From a virus (lineage: Duplodnaviria; Caudoviricetes), in the IMG/VR virus record IMGVR_UViG_3300042288_001626: DNA of 64,000 nt. The stretch is one strand, 5' to 3'. The notes below the pieces were generated by a model. That model was not told the origin of the DNA. It saw only the letters and a list, made by a program, of their open reading frames with translations, and searched no databases. Below are positions 49,291-57,349 of this stretch, one piece after another (the first letter of the stretch is position 1; the number at the start of each line of letters is the position of its first letter). The translations under genes were made by a program, and so were the position numbers.

Positions 49291-51780
49291 TTATCGAATA
49301 TTGTTGTATCCTTTATCTGCCCAGATTTGCTGCTTAGTCATACCTGGGTTGTTCCTCAACAATTGGTCAATATACTGTTTCTTTCTTTGATCTAGTGGCG
49401 AACGCTGATTATAGCTTCCCATAATTCCTCTATAATCTGCAGACGGAGCCGCAGGTGTTACAGGCTGACCAGGAGCAGGCATAGAAGGAGGTCTTACTGC
49501 AGGTTGCTGTTGTTGTGGCTGCTGCGCTTGAGGTTGAGGCGCATTCTGGAGCTGAACTGCTGGTGTTGTCCGGAAGTTAGCAACAGGAGGATTAGGCCCT
49601 TGTCCTTTAGGTACAGGCGATGGAGCAGCTGTCTGAGGTTGCTGAGGATTTACCTGATTATACGCATTATATGCTGCCATACTTAACCAGCTAGGGTCTG
49701 CATTTGCCGCTAGTTGAGGATTGCCTGCATATCCTTGCTGCTGCGCTTGCTGAACAAACGCCTGGTTCATCGGAGAGCCTGCAACAGCCAGATCAGGATA
49801 TTGCTGAGCGAGCCTAGCCTGCTCATTCTGATAGGTAGTCATGTTAGCTTTGTTCTGATCTGCTTGAACCTGGTCACCAAGCAGAGAAGAAGCATATCCA
49901 GGGTTACTTCTCCAAATGTGCTCCCTCATCATAGGAGGGATTTCATTATATCCAGGAGTTCTAGCTTGTGTACCAGCAGCAGGTCTTTGAGGAGCCGCTG
50001 GAGGCTGAGGACGAGCCACAGGTTGCACTGGAGTCGGGCGGACCTCAGGCTGGTCAATTATTTCAGGAGCACCTACAGGAACAGGAGTTCCTTTTGCTTT
50101 GAAGTATGCATTTCTGTCTGCATTGCTTGCCCAGCCTATGCCTGCATCCATATCCTTCTGATATTGATTTTGTCTGTTTTTCTGGGAAGGAGCAAACTGC
50201 CTCGTCAACCAATTGGCTTCTTTGGCGAGATACTCTTCCACAAAAGCCACGCCGGCATGCTTTGTTTGCCCTTCAAGAGCCTTACGCTCTTGTCTTTTTC
50301 TCACCATTTTAGCGACCTGCGCCAGCAAAAACGCCCCAGCACTAGCTCCTCCTAGAGCAGCAAGTGTTTTGATATTTTTGATCTTATTGTTCTTAACATC
50401 TTCTCGAATAGTTTTACCTATCTGAGAGAAATCAGACTCGTAGCCTGTTGTTCTGCCTGGAGCGTGAGGAACTCCTTCGCTCATGATCTTGGCAAGAGCC
50501 TCACCCCTATTCTCTCCCATAGTATCCCATGTATGAGCTCCTGGAAATTTACGAACAGTCTCTTCAGCATTAACAGGAAAATGCTTCATATAACCTTCAG
50601 GCTTATCGTTAGGCAGAACATTAATCATTCTTGGTACATGTTCTCCTGGCATACGCATCACTTCAGCCACTGTGCTTCCTGGTGTAGCAAAAACGTAATG
50701 AGCATCAGCAAAAGCCCCTGGCATATCGTCGATATGATCAAGCACCTGAAGTCCTTTGAATCTCCTTTGTCCTTCTGGGTCTTCTGTAACATACTTCCTG
50801 AGTTTCTCGATAAACTCTTTGTTGTCAGGCCATGTATTCGCTTTACCTAGTCCGGTAAGGAATTTGAGATTCACATTGTCTTCGCCATGAGTCTTTCTGA
50901 GATTCTCCATAATGTCATCAAGGAAGAATCTCTTGCTAACGTCATAATCACGCCATTGCTGTCCCTTGAGTCTCTCTTCAAGATTATATACTCCAGGACG
51001 ATCTGCTCCTGGAAGAAGTCCGGCATGCTCTTTAGGAAGCTCGTCAAACACCTGAGGCATCGCGTTACCTCCACCAGTAGTAAGCACAGCATTGATCTTT
51101 GCTCCAGGACTCCAGTCTTTCTCTTTAAACGGAGTCTGACCAAACACATCTCTCGTAGGAATGTTACCTGTCATTACTGTAGGAAGCTTACCCTGGTATT
51201 GTTCAGGCATAGGTATGCTAGGATCTCCTGGTGTAAAGAACCTATCGTAGCTCTTTGGGTCCTCACGCACAGCCATCCTGTCTCCTCCTACAGTCTCGAT
51301 GATCTTTCTCTTCAGTTTGTCTGAAGAAGACTCACTTTCACCTCCATGATAGAGAAGCTTGGGACTGATAAAGTTGCCTTCTCTAAAGTCACTGTTGATT
51401 CTGTATTTAACCTTTCCTATGTCTGCCAGATCTTTACCTGGAAACGAGTTATGTCCTACATAAATAGAAGCATCGGAGCCTGGAGCATCGAGCAATCGTC
51501 GAAATCCTCCCAGACGCTCTTTGTCTGCTGTGCTTGTCCAAGAGTATGGAGTGGCTTCGATACCTTCAGCCTTCAGCATAGATTCTAGCCCTTTAGCTTG
51601 ATTACCAAAAGATCCTTCTGCTCCGCTCATTACCTGTACTCTAGGAGCAGCCTCTGTATCTAATCCTCTTGTTCCGCCTCCTTGAATAAACCTATAGCCG
51701 CCAGCAAGACCAAGTCCGCTGCCAACATAATTAAGATATGTTTCCAGTTTGTGATCATTTTGTTTTTTTTCAGTACTCAT
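49291..51780 (-). CDS. Multidomain protein: GT28/MurG-MGDG-synthase-like glycosyltransferase, hydrophobic helix and Gln/Pro-rich tail
   Basis: VLTTGGG, FLTG, VLDHIDDMP.AF..AHYVFATPGSTVAE and NAE; then LAALGGASAGAFLLA, TKHA/AKEA, and a Q/P-rich region. Confidence 0.65.
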   Translation of the reverse strand: MSTEKKQNDHKLETYLNYVGSGLGLAGGYRFIQGGGTRGLDTEAAPRVQVMSGAEGSFGNQAKGLESMLKAEGIEATPYSWTSTADKERLGGFRRLLDAPGSDASIYVGHNSFPGKDLADIGKVKYRINSDFREGNFISPKLLYHGGESESSSDKLKRKIIETVGGDRMAVREDPKSYDRFFTPGDPSIPMPEQYQGKLPTVMTGNIPTRDVFGQTPFKEKDWSPGAKINAVLTTGGGNAMPQVFDELPKEHAGLLPGADRPGVYNLEERLKGQQWRDYDVSKRFFLDDIMENLRKTHGEDNVNLKFLTGLGKANTWPDNKEFIEKLRKYVTEDPEGQRRFKGLQVLDHIDDMPGAFADAHYVFATPGSTVAEVMRMPGEHVPRMINVLPNDKPEGYMKHFPVNAEETVRKFPGAHTWDTMGENRGEALAKIMSEGVPHAPGRTTGYESDFSQIGKTIREDVKNNKIKNIKTLAALGGASAGAFLLAQVAKMVRKRQERKALEGQTKHAGVAFVEEYLAKEANWLTRQFAPSQKNRQNQYQKDMDAGIGWASNADRNAYFKAKGTPVPVGAPEIIDQPEVRPTPVQPVARPQPPAAPQRPAAGTQARTPGYNEIPPMMREHIWRSNPGYASSLLGDQVQADQNKANMTTYQNEQARLAQQYPDLAVAGSPMNQAFVQQAQQQGYAGNPQLAANADPSWLSMAAYNAYNQVNPQQPQTAAPSPVPKGQGPNPPVANFRTTPAVQLQNAPQPQAQQPQQQQPAVRPPSMPAPGQPVTPAAPSADYRGIMGSYNQRSPLDQRKKQYIDQLLRNNPGMTKQQIWADKGYNNIR

Positions 51781-51797
51781 GGTTAAATTGATTAGGC

Positions 51798-52658
51798 TTA
51801 AGAATGACTTTTCTCTTTTTTATTATCATATATATGCTTCGCAGCGCCCACACCAGTCAATCCTGCTCCTGCAGCAGTCATTCCAAGTCCAGCGAGACCT
51901 GCCTTACCATACATTGCTCCCACCCCTGCTTTTTGTGCCTGCATGGTTTTTAAGATATGAAGAATGTCCTCATCTTTGGTGTTTCTAATATTGGCAAGCA
52001 CATCACCCTCCTGCTCTACAAGAGCTTTAAATTTTTCTGCGCGCCTCTCAAACTCCTGCATTTTCTTTGATGTTCTATGATCTTTGCCGGGCATCTTTTC
52101 CACATACTTGCCATCGTGCATAATATGTTTACCTTTAGCGCCTGGCTCTTTGGCATAAGTCATGTTTTCAAGATTATGCGCACGCATTTCATCGAGCCAC
52201 TTTAACAATCCTTCACGCTCGGGACCTGTAAACTTGTCGTAATGATCTATGGCTTCTCGTTTGGCTGCCTCTAGAGTAGGATAGGTTGGAGTTGTTTTTG
52301 CCTGACTTTTTGCAAACGCTTTAAACCCTTCCTTGTATGGAGTGTTTCCAAGCCCATGGCCGCTTTCAATATAGTCTGCCACAAACTCAGCAGGCATATA
52401 TTTTCTTCCAAAGTGTCTCGCTAGAAAACCTTCCGTCCCTTCTATAATAGCCTCAGTTTCAGGATTTCTCTTCACATTCATTCTAGGATCCATCAACTGC
52501 TTCAGAGCCATTTTGCTGGCAGGGATACTACCGGGAAGACTAAGTGCTCCCAGAGCAGCCAATGGTATACCTGCAATAAGAAACGGGTTAGTCTTTTTCC
52601 CTCCGGTTTCTTCTTCGGTTTTGGCGATTTTTTCTAACAGCTTAATGGCTTTACTCAT
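51798..52658 (-). CDS. Protein with two hydrophobic/glycine-zipper segments and an N-terminal EKIA motif
   Basis: FLIAGIPLAALGALSL; GKAGLAGLGMTAAGAGLTGVGAA. Confidence 0.7.
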   Translation of the reverse strand: MSKAIKLLEKIAKTEEETGGKKTNPFLIAGIPLAALGALSLPGSIPASKMALKQLMDPRMNVKRNPETEAIIEGTEGFLARHFGRKYMPAEFVADYIESGHGLGNTPYKEGFKAFAKSQAKTTPTYPTLEAAKREAIDHYDKFTGPEREGLLKWLDEMRAHNLENMTYAKEPGAKGKHIMHDGKYVEKMPGKDHRTSKKMQEFERRAEKFKALVEQEGDVLANIRNTKDEDILHILKTMQAQKAGVGAMYGKAGLAGLGMTAAGAGLTGVGAAKHIYDNKKEKSHS

Positions 52659-52720
52659 ATATTTGCACGGATTTGTTTATTACATTATATGTTGTAGTTT
52701 AAATTAACTCAACTCAGATT

Positions 52721-52754
52721 AAAAGAAAAGCCTGCGCAAAGGCAGGCTCTTTCT
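52721..52754. terminator. Intrinsic terminator
   Basis: AAAAG-AGCCTGC-loop-GCAGGCT-CTTTCT hairpin with flanking tracts. Confidence 0.75.
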
Positions 52755-52779
52755 AGGTTTAATATGGTGTTTTTAGCTG

Positions 52780-53298
52780 TTATCGAGGACTTGTTGCATT
52801 GATAGCTTGAAGATTACCTAAATAGCCTGCACCAGGACCTCCCATGTTAGCCGCCTGATTCTGAAGCATCTCGTTCGCTACTCCAGCATGGTTGTATCCT
52901 AGAGGATTTACATTGGAGGGATTAGCATCGCCAATGTTCAGTTTGGCTTGCCCCATCAAATTATGTCCTCCAACAGGAACAGACTCTCCAGACCAGCCAG
53001 GGCGAACAGCATCAGGACGGCTAGAGCCTGGGTAAGGAACATTCACACCCATCATCTGCTTCAACGGGGAAGCACTGTGTTGAATATATGATGCTGACGC
53101 CTCTTGAGGCGTTCTCTTTGGTTGCTGAATATAGGCTGCATCATTTCCAGAGATGAGTGGCCGCTGCAATGGCGACGGAATTCTACCAGGAACGGTATTA
53201 GCTGACTTCAGTAGAGCAACTGCCTGTTCGTCAGTATAGCCAAACTCATTTGCCTTTTTAACAAAGCCGTACAGATAAGATTTTTCGATGTTATTCAT
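52780..53298 (-). CDS. Low-complexity protein with an N-terminal YLYGFVKKA...LLKSA motif
   Basis: ATG at 53298; TG-C-TATTAT upstream. Confidence 0.7.
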   Translation of the reverse strand: MNNIEKSYLYGFVKKANEFGYTDEQAVALLKSANTVPGRIPSPLQRPLISGNDAAYIQQPKRTPQEASASYIQHSASPLKQMMGVNVPYPGSSRPDAVRPGWSGESVPVGGHNLMGQAKLNIGDANPSNVNPLGYNHAGVANEMLQNQAANMGGPGAGYLGNLQAINATSPR

Positions 53299-53341
53299 AG
53301 TTATTGCGGTTGTTCTAATAATAGCAGCCAAATATAAAAAA

Positions 53342-53788
53342 TTAAAGAGTTTTTGATACCTTTCTCTTTCCGTAAGCCTCTAGCAGCTTTTCTTTAACTG
53401 CGTCTGCATCTTTGTTTATTTCTTTTTCATCCAGTCGAAGCACAACATAGCCTGCTTTCTCAAGCCTCTTGGTCTTTTCTCTGTCTTTATACTCTTTCAT
53501 TGCTCCGCTATGCCAGTAGGTGCCGTCAGCAAAAACAACCACATTAGGAGCTATAAATATGTCTGCTACAGTAATACCTAGTAGCGGTTGTTGAGTGACG
53601 AATGCTATATCTAGAGCAGCTAGTATTTCTTGTAGCTTAAGCTCTATGCTTGTTTCTTTCCTGTCTCCAGACAAATAGCCTTTTATGCTAGCGCATTTCG
53701 TGCTGCAGGTTTTGCCTTGTCTCATTCTTTCTGTCTCTCTGTTCCATATCTTTCCGCATATGGAACATTCATGCGTTTTATGCCTCAT
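53342..53788 (-). CDS. DUF559/Vsr-like endonuclease with an N-terminal zinc finger (possible homing endonuclease)
   Basis: CSICGK...KTCSTKC; TSIELKL..IL....F..QQ....VADIFI....VVFADGTYWH...KD..KT..L...GY.VLRL.E.EI. Confidence 0.8.
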   Translation of the reverse strand: MRHKTHECSICGKIWNRETERMRQGKTCSTKCASIKGYLSGDRKETSIELKLQEILAALDIAFVTQQPLLGITVADIFIAPNVVVFADGTYWHSGAMKEYKDREKTKRLEKAGYVVLRLDEKEINKDADAVKEKLLEAYGKRKVSKTL

Positions 53789-55146
53789 TAAGCGATTATT
53801 TCTTTTATTACATTTCCAAATACATCGGTAAGCCTGAATGGTCTGCCGTTATACTCGTAGATTAGCTTTGTGTGATCAAACCCCATGAGCTGCAGTATTG
53901 TAGCGTGGAGATCGTGAACATGTACCACATCTTTCACAGATGTCGAGCCGATCTCATTTGTCTCTCCGTATTTCTGTCCGCCTTTTACACCACCTCCACT
54001 CATCCATATGCTAAAAGCTTTGCCGTTATGATCTCTTCCTGGTGCCCCAGCCCCTCCTCCAGCAATGCTCGTTCTGCCAAACTCACCTCCCCAAATCACT
54101 AGTGTAGAGTCTAGCAAGCCTCTTTGCTTGAGGTCTGTGAGCAGCGCACTAAATGCCTGATCATATCTTCCTGCTGTTCTAGTCATGTTTGTTTTGATGT
54201 CGCTGTGGTGGTCAAACCCTCCCACATTTACCTGAACCATCCTCACCCCTTTCTCTACAAGCCTACGAGCAAGCAGCATTCTTGCTCCCTCTTCTGTGCG
54301 TCCATACAAATCTTTTATTGTCTCAGGCTCTCTGCTGAGGTCAAAAGCATCTGTAGCCTCAGTCTGCATCTTAAAAGCCACCTCAAAAGCCTCTATTCTA
54401 GACTCTAGCTGCACATCTCTTTGCAGCTGCTTCATGTGATCGAGATTCATCATTTTTGAGAAATCTATCTGCCTTCTCTGCCTGTCGAGAGTAGAGAACT
54501 CGCTGCGTATGTTGTTGAGAGCCTCTTCTGCTCTCATACCGAGCTTATAGTTTATGTTACACCCTTGATACATGCCTGGAAGAAAAGCGCATTGCCTCCA
54601 GGTAGCGTCACCATTCAAGGTTACAAAGCCTGGCATGCTCTGATTCACGGTTCCAAGACCATACACGAGCCATGAACCTAGGCTTGGCTTTGGCAGCTGT
54701 GTAGAGCCTGTGCTCATCATCTTTTGAGCAATGCCATGGTCTGGCACATCTGTCTGCATAGAATTGATGATAGCCATATCATCCGCATGTTTACCCAGCT
54801 TTGACCATACCTCAGATATCTCTAGACCTGATTTGCCAAATCGTGGAAACTCAAAAGGAGAAGCAAGCAGCTGTCCTCCTCCATCATTCACTCCATCTCT
54901 TTTTTTTAGCTCTGGCTTAAAATCAAATGTATCAAGATGAGAGGGTGCCCCTGTAGCAAAAAGATGAATCACCGCCTTTGCTTTTACAGGGAAGTGAGGA
55001 TTTTTTGGTTGCAGTGGGCTTGCTCCCTCGGATGTTGAAACACCGAACAGTGAGGCTAGTGAAAGACCCCCAAGGCCCCAGCCAAACTTGGTGAGCAGCT
55101 CTCTTCTAGTTGTAGGATTAGTGTCGTGATTACCGCAGTCTTGCAT
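53788..55146 (-). CDS. DUF1501 family protein with twin-arginine N-terminus (second subtype)
   Basis: TTRRELL, KAKAVIHLF..GAPSHLDTFD.KP, PSLGSW..YGLG, GFDHH, WGGEFGRT and GRDHN. ATG at 55146. Confidence 0.9.
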   Translation of the reverse strand: MQDCGNHDTNPTTRRELLTKFGWGLGGLSLASLFGVSTSEGASPLQPKNPHFPVKAKAVIHLFATGAPSHLDTFDFKPELKKRDGVNDGGGQLLASPFEFPRFGKSGLEISEVWSKLGKHADDMAIINSMQTDVPDHGIAQKMMSTGSTQLPKPSLGSWLVYGLGTVNQSMPGFVTLNGDATWRQCAFLPGMYQGCNINYKLGMRAEEALNNIRSEFSTLDRQRRQIDFSKMMNLDHMKQLQRDVQLESRIEAFEVAFKMQTEATDAFDLSREPETIKDLYGRTEEGARMLLARRLVEKGVRMVQVNVGGFDHHSDIKTNMTRTAGRYDQAFSALLTDLKQRGLLDSTLVIWGGEFGRTSIAGGGAGAPGRDHNGKAFSIWMSGGGVKGGQKYGETNEIGSTSVKDVVHVHDLHATILQLMGFDHTKLIYEYNGRPFRLTDVFGNVIKEIIA

Positions 55147-55333
55147 AGTCTTTTGTGGTTTGTATAATCTACTTATGAAACGTATCTGGTATATATGGTC
55201 CAAGGCAATTGGCGAAAAGTCTCACAAAGACAATGAAATTGCAGATCAAATAGCAATAATAAGAACTTTAATTATTTTTTGCTATATAATCACCAACATC
55301 TTCATCGTTGCTGGAATAATACGCCACTGGTGA

Positions 55334-56605
55334 CTAGGTGAGCAGGTCGTGCATAACACTTCCGTTATACACGATTTTTACAGGCCTTCCGCCTCCTCCT
55401 TCAAGAGTACCTTCAGGGTTGATGCCTATCTGATGGTATAGTGTGGCAGCGAGATTCTCTACTGTTACAGGCTTCTCATCAACATCATCTCCTGTGACGC
55501 TAGACTGACCATACACTAGTCCTTTTTTGAAGCCTCCTCCTGCAAAAACAACAGAGAACACTCTAGGCCAGTGATCTCTACCTGCATCTTTGTTGATCTT
55601 TGGAGTGCGTCCAAATTCAGAACTGATCATCACCAGTGTAGAGTCTAGCATGCCTCTCTGTTCGAGATCAGTTATCAAGGTGGAGTAGGCCTGGTCAAAA
55701 GCAGGTAGAGCCTTGCTTATGCCGTTGCCTATTGTTGTGTGCATGTCCCAGCCGCCGTAGGTAACAGACACATATCTAACCCCTGCCTCTACCATTCTTC
55801 TGGCCATAAGAAGTCGCTGACCTGCCTGGTTTCTTCCATAAGCATCTCGCATAGCCTGAGTCTCACGATCTATTGCAAAGGCCTCTCTGGCTTTTGGAGA
55901 AGCTATAAGGTCATATGCCTGCTGATAGAAAGTATCCATAGCAGACAAAGAGTCGCTCTTTTCTAGATACCTGAAATGACTGTCCACTGTATCGAGTATG
56001 GACCTTCTTCTGTCAAAGCGCTCTTCCGATACGTTTGATGAAAGATCTCTTACCTTGAATCCCTCGGCTGCAGGATCGCTTCCCAGACTGAATGGTCCGT
56101 ATGCTGTGGGCAAGAAGCCTGCGCCAAGAGCATCTGTGCCGTTATTCTCCATCTTTTGAGGTATACAGACATATGCAGGCAGGCTGTTTCTTCCTCCCTG
56201 CTGTTGAGATATTACAGAACCAAAAGATGGATAGGTTATAGCAGGAGAGGGCTTGTAACCTGTAAACATACTAGTTACTCCTCGCTCATGCGCAGCTTCG
56301 CCGTGGGTCATCGAACGTACAACAGTCAGCTTGTCCGCAATTCTAGCTGTTTTGGACAGATGCTCAGAGAAATGTATTCCTGGGATGCTTGTGGCTACAG
56401 ATTTTAGAGGTCCTCTATACTCAGAAGGAGCGTTTATTTTTGGATCCCATGTTTCCTGTGCGGCTGCTCCGCCAGGAAGAAATATATGAATAACCGAGCT
56501 AGCCTTTGGAACTGTTGCAGACTCTGCCTGTAGTTTAAGCACGTCTCCCAGACTCAAGCCTAGTCCACCAAACAATCCTGTGTATAGAAATTCACGTCTG
56601 TTCAT
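55334..56605 (-). CDS. DUF1501 family protein with twin-arginine N-terminus (first subtype)
   Basis: MNRREFL, SVIHIFLPGG..AQETWDPK, PS.GSVIS, GWDMH, SEFGRTPKIN and GRDHWP. Confidence 0.92.
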   Translation of the reverse strand: MNRREFLYTGLFGGLGLSLGDVLKLQAESATVPKASSVIHIFLPGGAAAQETWDPKINAPSEYRGPLKSVATSIPGIHFSEHLSKTARIADKLTVVRSMTHGEAAHERGVTSMFTGYKPSPAITYPSFGSVISQQQGGRNSLPAYVCIPQKMENNGTDALGAGFLPTAYGPFSLGSDPAAEGFKVRDLSSNVSEERFDRRRSILDTVDSHFRYLEKSDSLSAMDTFYQQAYDLIASPKAREAFAIDRETQAMRDAYGRNQAGQRLLMARRMVEAGVRYVSVTYGGWDMHTTIGNGISKALPAFDQAYSTLITDLEQRGMLDSTLVMISSEFGRTPKINKDAGRDHWPRVFSVVFAGGGFKKGLVYGQSSVTGDDVDEKPVTVENLAATLYHQIGINPEGTLEGGGGRPVKIVYNGSVMHDLLT

Positions 56606-56606
56606 A

Positions 56607-56972
56607 TTATTTGTATGTTTTGGGTTTAGCTGTTCTGCTCTTCGGTTTTCTTATAACTGCTCTCTTTTTCTTGCCTGCTGCTTTCTCTTGCATTTCCTTA
56701 AAAAGCTCCCACTGCCACCAGCTAAGCCAGAAAAAAGTAACGCTGATTCCAACATTTAAAATCACTTCTGTAACTGGAGGTGCGCTAAGAGTGAGTACAT
56801 TCGCCGAAGCTCCGCAAATCACAATAGATAGTCCTCCTTTAGCAAGCCAGGCCTTCACGCTATTATCCCAGACAGGATTATCAGGATCACCGAATATGTG
56901 AATGAGCAGTCCAAGAGCAGAAAGGGACGTGGTTATATTGGCAACGGCATTGATGGTGGTCTCTGTAATCAT
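56607..56972 (-). CDS. Small membrane protein (about 3 TM) with a basic C-terminus, holin-associated
   Basis: Hydrophobic helices followed by a K/R-rich tail. Confidence 0.65.
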   Translation of the reverse strand: MITETTINAVANITTSLSALGLLIHIFGDPDNPVWDNSVKAWLAKGGLSIVICGASANVLTLSAPPVTEVILNVGISVTFFWLSWWQWELFKEMQEKAAGKKKRAVIRKPKSRTAKPKTYK

Positions 56973-56973
56973 A

Positions 56974-57348
56974 TTAGTCTATCCTTGGTACATTTCTTTT
57001 CCTGGGCTTTCTTCTTCTGTAAGAATAGGCTGTCTTTTGTGCACTTTCATGCAGCTCTTTGTGCGCAGACTCTGGAATGATTTTTCGACTAAAATATTCG
57101 ATGCCTCTCAGTCCAAGGAAACCAAGCAGAAAAGCTATTCCATAGTGGTAGTGTGTATTGTCTAACTTTGTTACGTTAACCACAATAGGAGTTAGATAGT
57201 TAGCGCTGGCTGCTCCTCCTATTAAACTAGATATTGTTCTTGTTAAGTTTACCGCTGTATCCTTACTTGTAAGCAATATAGCGCCAAACAACCCACTCAT
57301 GAGTAAACCTACATCTATACCGTACTCTTTTAGGTTGTTTTGATTCAT
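56974..57348 (-). CDS. Holin-like membrane protein
   Basis: GLLMSGLFGA...SLIGGAASANYLTP...GIAFLLGFLGLRGIE, then a basic tail. ATG at 57348. Confidence 0.6.
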   Translation of the reverse strand: MNQNNLKEYGIDVGLLMSGLFGAILLTSKDTAVNLTRTISSLIGGAASANYLTPIVVNVTKLDNTHYHYGIAFLLGFLGLRGIEYFSRKIIPESAHKELHESAQKTAYSYRRRKPRKRNVPRID

Positions 57349-57349
57349 A

